Origin: Vicugna vicugna
Taxonomy: Eukaryota
NCBI GenBank assembly: GCA_013265495.1
Contig: MU058213.1
Coordinates: 1 to 64,000 of the forward strand
Reading direction: 5' to 3'
Length of the DNA: 64,000 nt
Every line of letters starts with the position of its first letter. The stretch's first letter is position 1. Under the pieces are notes generated by a model. The model did not search any database. It had not been told where the DNA came from and saw only the letters and a program-made list of their open reading frames with translations. Shown piece after piece: positions 1 to 10,499 of the stretch. A program made the translations under genes and the position numbers.

Positions 1-278
1 AAACTTACTTTAAAGGGTACTTGTGTCAATTCTATTTTACTAAAGTAAAGTGCGGACTGAAAGGGAGTATCTAAAACATTTTTTGATATTTTTATTTAAC
101 ATGTGCAGATAACTGGCTTAAAAATATTTCCTTGAGTCCTCACTCGCTAACATTGTCATTGTGTTTATCCATCTCCTCAGCTTTGTTCTTTGTCCTTTTG
201 TAAAATTTCCTTTACCCTCATGGGCCAAAAGCCCAAGCAAAAAATCTCCTTAAGTACAGAACTAAATGACTGACTTAC

Positions 279-426
279 CTGGTATTGAGGATGTGTCCTC
301 ATAATTCCAAACCAAGAGGAGAAAGGCAGTGAGCAGCAGGATTGCCATAGCGGCAACAGGCACGCCTCCGGACACCATGCTGGTGATGTTATAATAATGC
401 ATTGGGTTCAGCATTTCCAAAACCAT
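279..426 (-). CDS. CYP19A1: Aromatase (cytochrome P450 19A1), first coding exon (exon II); partial CDS of 49 codons + 1 nt, gene continues beyond the window start
   Basis: Translation [49 protein letters not shown](G) matches the mammalian aromatase N-terminus ([12 protein letters not shown], signal-anchor, LVWNY..TSSIPG). ATG at 426-424 is in strong Kozak context (AAGATGG). Phase-1 donor CAG|GTAAGT has its GT at 278-277. Confidence 0.98.
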
Positions 427-490
427 CTTTGTGTTGCTTGATCTCAGGGGAAGCAATTTAAAGTCCTGTGGAAATCAGAGGGTCAGAAAA
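427..490 (-). other. CYP19A1: Common splice acceptor for alternative untranslated first exons, plus 39-nt shared 5' UTR (465..427)
   Basis: Minus strand reads TTTTTCTGACCCTCTGATTTCCACAG|GACTTTAAATTGC...CAAAG-ATG, with AG at 467-466. This matches the known CYP19A1 architecture of one acceptor about 38 nt before the ATG. Confidence 0.93.
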
Positions 491-539
491 ATTAGAGAAT
501 TCTTGAAAACGTACATTTAGTACTTCTATTGCTTCAGAG

Positions 540-760
540 GATGCTGTACTGCAGAGATGGGTGCTTTGTTTTATAACGTGATTGGACACTTAGACAAGAC
601 AAATTTGTGGTTACAAGTCAAAACAAGTAAGCCCAAGAAAGATCTTTTGGCTTGAAGTGCAGCATTTCTGACCTTGGTAGAGTCTCAGGTTCGTTTAGAC
701 GCTTAGTGTGATAGAACCTTATCATCTTGCCCTTGAGTGGGTAGAGTGACTGAAATCCAA
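540..760 (-). promoter_or_regulatory. CYP19A1: CYP19A1 gonadal promoter II (overlaps the region homologous to human exon I.3)
   Basis: On the minus strand: TATAAAA 575-569, CCAAT 585-581, NR5A (SF-1/LRH-1) site CCAAGGTCA 677-669, GATA TGATAA ~724-719, second NR5A-like TCAAGGGCA ~736-728, and CRE-like position TTCAGTCA 754-747. Order and spacing match the known mammalian promoter II. Confidence 0.93.
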
Positions 761-1047
761 ATTAAGAGCCAAATTTCTTACCAAAATACATGAAAATTAA
801 TCTCATTCCAGAGTTGGAGTCATCCCGTGATTCCATCAGCAGATTTTTTTAGGCAATATTTTTCTCTTGCAGCCAAATTAATGAAAAAAAAAATTCCCCA
901 ACACCCTTCCTTGCTCAAAATTACTTCCCCTGAGAGTGAGCTTCTCCAGTAAGAAGGTGTTTCTTGTGCCTCACTGAGGCATTCTCAGAGCCTCTCCTAA
1001 AGTTGTATATTGAAATCAGTGTGACTCACTCAGGAAAGTCTTTTTCT

Positions 1048-1504
1048 TTTTTTTTTGTTTAACATTTTTTATTGATTTATAATCATTTTACAGTGTTGTG
1101 TCAAATTCCAGTGTTCAGCACAATTTTTCAGTCATTCATGGACATATACACACTCATTGTCACATTTTTTTCTGAGTTATCATAACATTTTGTGTATATT
1201 TCCCTGTGCTATAGAGTGTAATCTTGTTTATCTATTCTCCAATTTTGAAATCCCATTCTATCCCTAAATCAAATCCTATCCCTTCCCTCCCTCCACCCCC
1301 CTGGCAACCACAAGTCTGTATTCTCTGTCTGTGAGTCTATTTCTGTCCTGTATTTATGCTTTGTTTTTGTTTGTTTGTTTGTTTGTTTTTGTTTTTGTTT
1401 TTTAGATTCCACATATGAGCGATCTCATATGGTATTTTTTTTTCTCTTTCTGGCTTACTTTACTTAGAATGACATTCTCCAGGAGCATCCATGTTGCTGC
1501 AAAT
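1048..1504 (-). mobile_element. Young 5'-truncated LINE-1 (end of ORF2, 3' UTR and polyA), camelid-type; perfect 15-bp TSD
   Basis: GGAAAGTCTTTTTCT is repeated at 1033-1047 and 1505-1519. A poly-T tail lies on the + strand, with minus-strand AATAAA at 1073-1068. The ORF2 C-terminus (..LICGI*) is near 1402-1420, and the 3' UTR contains a (GTTT)n tract. Confidence 0.95.
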
Positions 1505-1751
1505 GGAAAGTCTTTTTCTATTGCCTTGATGAGTTAAAATCTCTTGCACCTTGGGCTGGAGGAAGCAGTACACATGGGGCCAGCTTCAGAGTTAGTACGA
1601 ATGGGGAAGCAGGAAGAAAGGAGAAGACAGACATAGTAGATGCCAGAAATAGGCTCAGGTGTCACTCAGCAACCAATCTCCCCATAGCAGCTAATCTCTT
1701 GTGCCAGACAGTTTTCAGTTTGATTTGCTGGTTCTGTTGTATTTTTCTTCC

Positions 1752-3908
1752 TTTTTTAAAAATTTTATTGTGTTGAGTTATAGTCAGTTTACAATGTTGT
1801 GTCAATTTCCAGTGTAGAGCACAGTTTTTCAGGTATACATGAACATGCATATATTCGCTGTCACATTCTTTTCACCACAAGATCTTGTATATATTTCCCT
1901 GTGCTATACAGTATAATCTTGTTCATCTATTCTATATATACCTGTCAGAATCTACAAATTTTGAACTCCTAGTCTTTCCCTTCCCACCTGCCTCCACCCT
2001 GGCAACCACAAGTTTGTATTCTATGTCTATGAGTCTGTTTCTGTTTTGTATTTATGTTCATTTGTCTTTTTCTTTCCTTCTCTTTTTTTAGATTCCACAT
2101 ATGAGCAATCTGCTGTGGTATTTTTCTTTCTCTTTCTGGCTTACTTCACTTAGAATAACATTCTCCAGGGACATCCATGTTGCTGCAAATGGCGTTATGT
2201 TGTCGGTTTTTATGGCTGAGTAGTATTCCATTGTATAAATATACCACCTCTTCTTTATCCAGTCATCTGTTGATGGACATTTAGGCTGTTTCCATATCTT
2301 GGCTATTGTAAATAGTGCTGTTAGGAACATTGGGGTGCAGGTGTCTTTTTGAAGTAGGGTTCCTTCTGGATGTATGCCCAGGAGTGGGATTCCTGGGTCA
2401 TATCATAAGTCTATTCGTAGTCTTTTGAGGAATCTCCATACTGTTTTCCACGGTGGCTGTACTAAACTGCATTCCCACCAGCAGTGTAGGACGGTTCCCT
2501 TTTCTCCACAGCCTCTCCAGCATTTGTCATTTGTGGATTTTTGAATGATGGCCATTCTGACTCATGTGAGGTGATACCTCATTGTAGTTTTGATTTGCAT
2601 TTCTTTGATAGTTAGTGATATTGAGCATTTTTTCATGTGCCTATTTATCATTCAGATGTCTTCCTTGGAGAATTGCTTGTTTAGGTCTTCTGCCCATTTT
2701 TGGATTGGGTTGTTTGTGTTTTTCTTATTAAGTCATATGAGCTGCTTGTATATTCTGGAGATCAAGCATTTGTCAATTTCATCTTTTGGAAAAATTTTCT
2801 CCCATCCTGTAGGTTGTCATTTTGTTTTGCTTATGATTTCCTTTGCTGTGCAAAACCTTGTAAGTTTCATTGGGTCCCATTTGTTTATTCTTGCTTTTAT
2901 TTCTATTGCTTGAGTAGACTGCCCTAGGAGAACATTGCTGAGATGTATGTGAGATAATGTTTTGCCTATATTTTCTTCTAGGAGGTTTATCATATCTTGT
3001 CTTATGTTTAGGTCTTTGATCCATTTTGAGTTTAATTGTGTGTATGGTATAATGGGAGTGTTCTAGCTTCATTGATTTACATGCTGCTGTGCAGTTTTCC
3101 CAACACCATTGTTGAAGAGACTGTCTTTATTCCATTGTATATTCTTGCCTCCTTTGTTGAAGATTAATTGACCAAAAGTTTGTGGGTTCACTTCTGGGCT
3201 CTCTGTTCTGTTCCATCAGTCCATATGTTTGTTTTTGTCCCAATACCAAGCTGTTTTGATTACTGTAGCTCTGTAGTATTTTGTGAAGTCTGGGAGAGTT
3301 ATTTCTCCAGCCTCTTTCTTTTTCTTCAGTAATGCTTTGGCAATTCTAGGTCTTTTGTGATTCCATATAAATTTTATTATGATTTGTTCTAGTTCTGTGA
3401 AATATGTCCTGAGTAATTTGATAGGGATTGCATTAAATCTGTAGATTGCCTTGGGCAGTGTGACCATTTTAACAATATTGGTTCTTCCAATCCAGGAGCA
3501 TGGGATATCTTTCCATTTTTTTAAAGTTGTCTTTAATTTCCTTACTCAATGTTTTATAGTTCTCCATGTATAAGTCTTTCCCCTCCTTGGTTAGATTTAT
3601 TCCTAGGCATTTTATTACTTTGGGTGCTATTTTAAAGGGGTTGTTTCTTTACTTTCTTTTCCTGTTGATTCATCGTTAGTGTAAAGAAATGCAACTGATT
3701 TTTGTATGTTAATCTTGTAACCTACTACCTTGCTGAATTCTGTGGTTGGTTCCAGTAGTTTTTCTGTAGAACTTTTAGAGTTTTCTATATATAGTATCAT
3801 GTCATCTGCATATAGTGACACTTTTACCTCTTCTTTTCCAATTTGGATCCCTTTTATTTCTCTCTCTTGCCTAATTGCTGTGGCTAGGACTTCGAAGACT
3901 ATGTTGAA
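1752..3908 (-). mobile_element. 5'-truncated LINE-1, ~2.15 kb (RT C-terminus to 3' UTR), inserted at the 3' end of an older L1
   Basis: The ORF track shows L1 ORF2 fragments: [10 protein letters not shown] (3821), [14 protein letters not shown] (3467) and WKQPKCPS...YYSAIK...ICGI* (2330-2088). Flanks carry an imperfect duplication, TTGTATT..TTTCTT..CCTTTTTT at 1737 and 3909. Confidence 0.93.
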
Positions 3909-3915
3909 TTGTATT

Positions 3916-6900
3916 GTTTTTCTTTTCCTTTTTTCTCTTTAAGTTTTTTTTTCTGTTTTATTGGGATATAATTGACATAAAGGAGTGTTTAAGGTTAAAG
4001 TGATACAATATAATGATTTTATGTACATACATAATAAAATGACTATCACAATAAGTTTAGTGAACATCCATCATCTCATATGTATACAACATTAAAGAAA
4101 TAGAAAAAAAAGTATTTCTTCCTTGTGATGAGAACACTAAGGATTTGCTCTCTTAACAACTTTCATGTATATGATACAGCAGTGTTAATTTATCTTTATT
4201 ATGTTGTACATTACATCCCTAGCACTTATTTATCTTATAACTGGAAGTTTGTACCTTTTGACTGCCTTCTAAATTCTCCATCCTCCTACTCCCTGCCTAT
4301 GGTAAGTGTAAGTTTGATCTTCTTTTGTATAGGTTTGTTTGTTTGCTTTTGAGGTATAATTGACCCACAGCACTATGTTGGTTCCAGGGACAAAACATAG
4401 TGATTCAATGTTTCTGTAGATTTCAAAATGATCACCAGAGTAAGTCTAGGCGCTATCTGTCACCATACTAAGATATTATGTAGTTATTATGTTCTCCACA
4501 CTGTACATTTCATACCTGTGACTCATTTATTTTGTGACTGAGCATTTATACCTCTTCATCTCCTTCACATATTTCTCCCCTTCTCCCCAACTCCTTCCCT
4601 CTGGCAATCACCTGTTTGTTCTCTATATCTATGACTTTGTTTCTGTTTAGTTATGTTTGTTCATTTGTTTTGGTTTTTAGGTTTTGCATGTAAGGGAAAT
4701 GATGCAGTATTTGTTTTCCTCTCTCAGACTATTTCACTTAGCAAAATACCTTCTAGGTCCATCCATGTTGTCACAAATGGTAATATTTCACTCTTTTTAT
4801 GGCCCAGTAATATTCCATGTCTTTTTATCTATTTATTTGTTGATGGGCACTTAGGTTGCTTTCATATCTTGGCTATTGTAAATAATGCAACAATAAACAT
4901 AGGAGTGCATATATCTCTTTTAATTACTGTGTTCATTTTCTTTCATAAATATTTGGAAGTAGAATGGAAAAAATGTCTATTCAGGTCCTTTGCCCAGTTT
5001 TTAAATTGGGTTATCTGTTTTTTTGGTATTGGATTGTAAGAGTTATCTACGTATTTTGGATTGTAACCCCTTGTTGGATATATTGTTTGAAAATGTCTTC
5101 TCCCATTCAATAGGTGGTCTTTTTATTTTGTTAATAGTTTCTTTCAATGTAAAAAATACTTTTTTGTGGTAGTCTTATTTGTGTTTGTTTTTGTTTCCCT
5201 TGTCCAAGGAGACTTATCTCAAAAAATACTGCTAACACCAGTGTCAAAGAGCTTATTGCCTATGTTTTCTTCTCTAAGTTCTATGGTTTCAGGTCTTACT
5301 TTTAAGTCTCTAATGTATTTGGAATTTATTTTTTTGTGTGGTGTGAGAAAGTAGTCCGCTTTGATTCTTTTACATTTAGCTGTCCAGTTTTCTCAATACA
5401 ATTTATCAAAGAGTCTGTCTTTTCCCCGTTGCCTCCCTTTTTGTAGATTAATTGCCCATATGAGTGTGAGTTCATTTCTGCACTCTGTTATGTTCCAATG
5501 ATCTGTGTGTCTGTTTTTGTGCCAGTACTGTAACTGTTTTGATGACTATAGTTTTGCAGTATAGTTTGAAATCAGGAAATGTGATACCTCCTGTTTTGTT
5601 CTTAAGATAGTCTTGGCTATTTGGGTTCATTTTTGTTTCCATACATATTTTAGAATTATTTGTTCTAATTCTTGAAGAATGTCATGGATATTTTGATAGG
5701 GATTGCATTCAACCTGTAGATTGCCTTGGATAGTATGGTCATTTTAACGACATTAATTCTTCCAGTCCATGAACACATTGTATCTTCCATCTGTTCGTGT
5801 CATCTTCAGTTTCTTTCACCAGTGTCTTATAGTTTTCTGAGTACAGATCTTTTACTTCCTTAGATTTATTTCCAGATATATTTTATTCTTTTTGATGTGA
5901 TTGTAAATGAGATTTTAAAAAATCTCTCATTCTGTTTGTTTTTAGTGTATAAAAATGCAACAGATTTCTGTATATTAATTTTAAATCCTGCAACTTTATC
6001 AAATTCATTGTAGTTTTTTAGTGGTGTCTTTAGGATTTTCTGTGTATAATATATCATCTGCAAACAGTGGCAGTTTTATCCCTTCCATTCAAATGTAGGT
6101 TTTTAAAAATTTCTTTTTCTTCTCTGATTGCTGTGGCTGGGGCTTCCAATACTATGTTGAATAAAAGTGGTGAGAGTGAGTATTCTTCCTTGTTCCCAAT
6201 CTTTAAAGTAGAATATTTCAGCTTTTCAGCATTGAGTATGATGTTAGCTATGGGCTTGTCATATATGGCCTTTATTATGTTGAGTTATGTTCCCTCTGTT
6301 TTCACTTTGTTGAGAGTTTTTATCATGAGTGAATATTGAATTTTGTCAAAAGATTTTCTGCATCTACTGAGATGATCATATGATTTTTATTCTTCAGTTT
6401 GTTAATATAGTATATCACTAGGATTGATTTGCATATATGGAACCATCCTTTTATCCCTGAGATAAATCCCACTTGATCATTGTATATGATCCATTTAATG
6501 TATGTTAAATTTGACTTGCCAATATTTTGTTGAGGATTTTTTGCATCTATGTTCATTGATGATATTGGCCTGTAATTTTTTTTTGTATTATCTTTGTTTA
6601 CTTTTGGTATCAGTGTGATGTTGGCCTCGTAGAATGAGTTTTGAAGTGTTCCATCCTCTGAAAAATTTTGGAATAGTTTGAGAAGAATAGGTGTTAATTA
6701 TCTTTGGTTATATTCTACTATGTTTGATAGAATTAATCTATGAAGCCATCTGGTCCTGGACTTTTGTTTGTTGGGAGTTTCATTAATGTTTTCATTAATT
6801 CATTTCATTCATAATTTGTTAATTCATTTCATTCATAATTTGTTTGTTGGGAGTTTCATTAATGTTTTCATTAATTCATTTCATTCATAATTTGTTAATT

Positions 6901-9729
6901 CATTTCATTCATAATTTGTTTGTTGGGAGTTTCATTAATGTTTTCATTAATTCATTTCATTAATGATAATTGATATGTTCATATTTTCTGTTTCCTCCTG
7001 ATCCATCCTTGGGAGATTGTACATTTCTAGGAATTTTTCAATTTCTTCTAGGTTTCCCATTTTATTGGCATATAATGGTTGGTAGTGATCTCTTATGATC
7101 CTATGTATTTCTGTAGTGTCAGTTATAACCTCTTTTTAATTTATGATTTTATTGATTTGGGCTCTCTTTTTTCTTGATGAGTCTGGCTGAAGTCATATCA
7201 ATTTTGTTTATTTTTTCAAAGAACCAGCTTTTAGTTTCATTAATCTTTTATCTTTCTTTTTTAGACTCTACTTCATTTATTTATACTCTAATTTTTATGA
7301 CTTCTTTCCTTCAACTAACTTTGAGTTTTGTTTGTTCTTCTTTTTCTAGTTTCTTTAAGTGGAAGGTTAGGTTGTTTATTCAAGATTTTTCTTGTTTCCT
7401 GAGGTAGGCTTATATTACTATAAACTTCCCTCTTACAGCTGTTTTGCAGTGTCCCATAGATTTTGGATCATTGTGTTTTCATTTTCATTTGTCTCCAGGT
7501 ATTTTTTTTATTTCCTCCTTGATTTCTTCAAGGTCTCATTGGTTGTTTAGTAGCATATTATTTAGCTTCCATGTGTTTGGGTTTTTCAGTTTTTTTCTTG
7601 TAGTTGATTTGTAGTGTCATACTTTTTGATCAGAAATGATGCATGCTTTCATTTCAATATTCTTAAATTTACTGAGACTTCTTTTGTAGCCTAGGATGTG
7701 ATCTGTCATAGATAACTATTCACATTTTCTAGAAAAGAGTGTGTATTCTGCTGCTTTTTGATGGATTATTCTATATATATCTATTAAGTTCATCTGGTAC
7801 AATGTGTCATTTAAGGCCAGTGTTTCATTATTGATGTTCTGTCTGGATGATCTGTCCATTTATGTAAGTAGAGTGTTAAAGTCCACTACTATTATTATGT
7901 TACTGTCAATTTCTCCCTTTATATCTGTTCATATTTGCTGTATGTATTAAGGTGCTCCCATGTTGGCTGCATATATACTTAGAATTGTTATGACTTCTTG
8001 TTGGATTGATCTCTTGATCATTATGTAATGTCCTCCTTTGTCTCTTGTTACAGTCTTTGTTTTAAAGCCTATTTTGTGTGATCTAAGTACTGCTATCCTG
8101 GCTTTCTTTTCCTTCCTCATTTGCGTGAAATACCTTTTTCCATCCTCTCACTTTCAGTCTGTGTGTGTCTTTAGATCAAATTAATTTCTTGTAGGCAGCA
8201 TATATAGAGGTCTTGTTTTGTATCCATTGAGCCATTCTGTGTCTTTTGATTGGCGCAATTAGTCCATTTACATTTAAAGTAATTATTTATAGACATGTAC
8301 TTATTGCCATTTTGTTAATTGTTTTTGGTTTATGAGGGAGGGATTTGTTCCTTCTTTTGTTCTCTTCCCTTGTGATTTGATGACTATTTTTGGTGTTATG
8401 TTTCCTGTGTGTATCTATTATAGATTTTTGATTTGTCTGCTAGTGCTGTTGCTGGGGCTTAGGGAGTGCTGGGGCTGGTGTTGGCTGACTGGTGAGTTCA
8501 CTAGATCCTTACACAGTTGGCTTCAGGGCCTTGGTGGACCCAAGGCTGTGTCCATCCACTGATGGGTCCATCTATGCCCCAGGGGGGTCCTAGGGCTTGT
8601 GTTCACATCCCAGTGGGTTAGGCCAGGTCCTGAGGTTACTACCAACTCACCAGTGGGCAGAGCTGGGTTCTAGAGTATCTTGCTGTGGGGCCTGGAAGTT
8701 CTGGAGTTAGTGTCAACCTGCTGGTGGGTGGTGCCAGGGCCCAGGGGATCCTAGGGCTAGTGTTGACCCACTGGTTGGTAGAGATGGGTCCCAGGGTCTC
8801 TGGCTGCAGGGCCTCAGGGGTCCTGGAGTTGATGTTGGCCTATAAACCTATAGATGGGCAGGGCCAGGGCCAGGGCCCAGGGGATCCCAGGCTTGGCACC
8901 TCTCTGATAGGTGAAGCTGGGTCCAGGGTAGTGACCCCCCCCATTGGTGGGTGGGGCCAAGTACCAGGATGGCTGGAGGCTCAAGGGTTCCTAGGCAGCC
9001 ATCCTCCTGGTGGGTGGGACTGTGTCCCTAATCAGCTAGCTACCTAGCTTGGGAGGTTCTAGGACTGATGCCAACTGGCTGGTAGGGATGAGCCAGGTCC
9101 TGGCACTAACAAACTAGAGGGAGTTTTTTTCCAAAATGGCACTTACCAGCACCAGTGTCCTTGTGGTAGGATGAACTCTATGTCCCAAGGTGGAGTTCAG
9201 TTGCCTCCTGCCTCTCCAGGAGGCTTTCCAAGATCAGTAGTGGGTCTGATCCAGGCTCCTTTCAAATTACTCTTTCTGCCTCCTAGAGTCCTGGAGCATG
9301 TGAGATTTTGTGTGCATCCTGTAAGAGTAGAGTCACTATTTCTCTTAGTCCTCTGGTCTCCAGAAAATAAACCCTACTAGCCTTCAAAGCCAAATGTTCT
9401 AGAGGCTAATCTTCCCAGTGTGGGACCCCAAGGCTTGGGAGTCCAACATGGGACCCAGATCCCTTGTTTCTTGGGAAGAACCTCTGTAGTTCTAACTACT
9501 CTCTATTGGTGGGTCACCTGCCTGGTGATATGCGTCTTGACTATAGTGCATATCTGCCCTTCCTACCTGTCTTATTATGATTCCTTCTTTATATCTTGAG
9601 TTGTAAAGACCTTTTCTGATAGCCTTCAGGTCACTTTCATGGATAGTTGCCCTATAAATAATTACAATTTTGGAGTGAATGCTCCTGGAATGAAGTGATC
9701 TTCTTACTCCACCATCTTGGCTATTCCCC
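3916..9729 (-). mobile_element. Older decayed LINE-1 (L1MA9-like 3' end) with 5' UTR and disrupted ORF2; ORF1 apparently deleted
   Basis: ORF2 starts at ATG 8310 (MAISTCL*IITLNVNGL, endonuclease N-terminus) and ORF2 fragments run to ~4700. A GC-rich 5' UTR spans ~8435-9729 and begins GGGGAATAGCCAAGATGGTGGAG, containing the YY1-type CAAGATGG. TSD-like TCTGTTGT occurs at 1733 and 9730, with a TT/AAAAA endonuclease site at ~9740-9746. Confidence 0.9.
6763..6961. repeat. Perfect 76-bp tandem repeat, ~2.6 copies, with an internal 24-bp subrepeat, inside the old L1
   Basis: GGGAGTTTCATT recurs at 6773, 6849 and 6925 (period 76) and the copies are identical. TTAATTCATTTCATTCATAATTTG occurs twice per unit. 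Confidence 0.97.
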
Positions 9730-10499
9730 TCTGTTGTGCTTTTTAAGAAGGTTTTCCAATACCTGAAATCTCAGAAGAGAGTTTCAGGGATGGTGGTTTG
9801 TTGAAGAGACCTTGATTGAATAAACTTGTATAATGAGAAAAGAGCAACCATTCAATGCAGTTCCTGGTGCCTGACTGCTCCAAGGATTATATTCCTTCAG
9901 TAAGTTTCCAAGACTTGCAATGGCTGTGAAACAGACTTTGACTGGGTTTTATCTAGTAATAAAGTTCTAGACGCTTAACCAGGACTTCTAATTGGATTTC
10001 AGGGGCTCTGTGAAATCCCTGAAATGCTGCGCAAAATGCTGTATCTGCTCAATTGCACTTTTATAGGGGAAAGAAGCCATAACTTTCATCAGATTCCAAA
10101 AGATTATATTTCTCCCCGAGCTATATGAGATCTTAGGTATCCAATAAAATACCAATTTCTGGCAACTACAGAAATTTCACGACATAGTTGAATCATTCAG
10201 TTGCTGATTCATTCTATCAATTCATCCTATTACTCCACCATTTAATCACTAATGGTTAAGTACAAGGCACTAAAACTGCCTACACATATTTTGAGCAGTA
10301 TTTTTTCTTTTTTAATATATGTAAGTTGAGTCTGAAAAGTTAGCAGTGTGTCTCTTATCATCTGGTTCTTCTCTTAATGAGTAGCTTCTTTGAACAGGTT
10401 GAATTTTTAGAGTTTTAATTTCCAAGGTAGAGTTTTACATAATTCTGAGTAAGCTCCTTATGATTTTCTGACAACCAGGACCCTCAAGTTTTCTGTTTA

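Noticed and set aside
262..456. ORF track's 64-aa version of aromatase ([10 protein letters not shown] extension and GKSVI tail)
   Set aside because: The extension starts at a TTG in the 5' UTR and the tail is read-through into the intron past the GTAAGT donor. The real exon CDS is 426..279.
2088..6556. Reverse-transcriptase-like and related ORFs as an active gene or novel RT system
   Set aside because: These are frameshifted, stop-interrupted L1 ORF2 fragments; neither element encodes an intact ORF2.
6763..6961. CRISPR-like array
   Set aside because: Head-to-tail identical units with no unique spacers, in a mammalian L1, and no cas genes.
8685..9047. 120-aa Gly-rich antisense ORF in the L1 5' UTR (ORF0-like)
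   Set aside because: It starts at GTG, lies in GC-rich repetitive UTR where stops are rare, and shows no recognisable similarity. ORF0 is described for primate L1.
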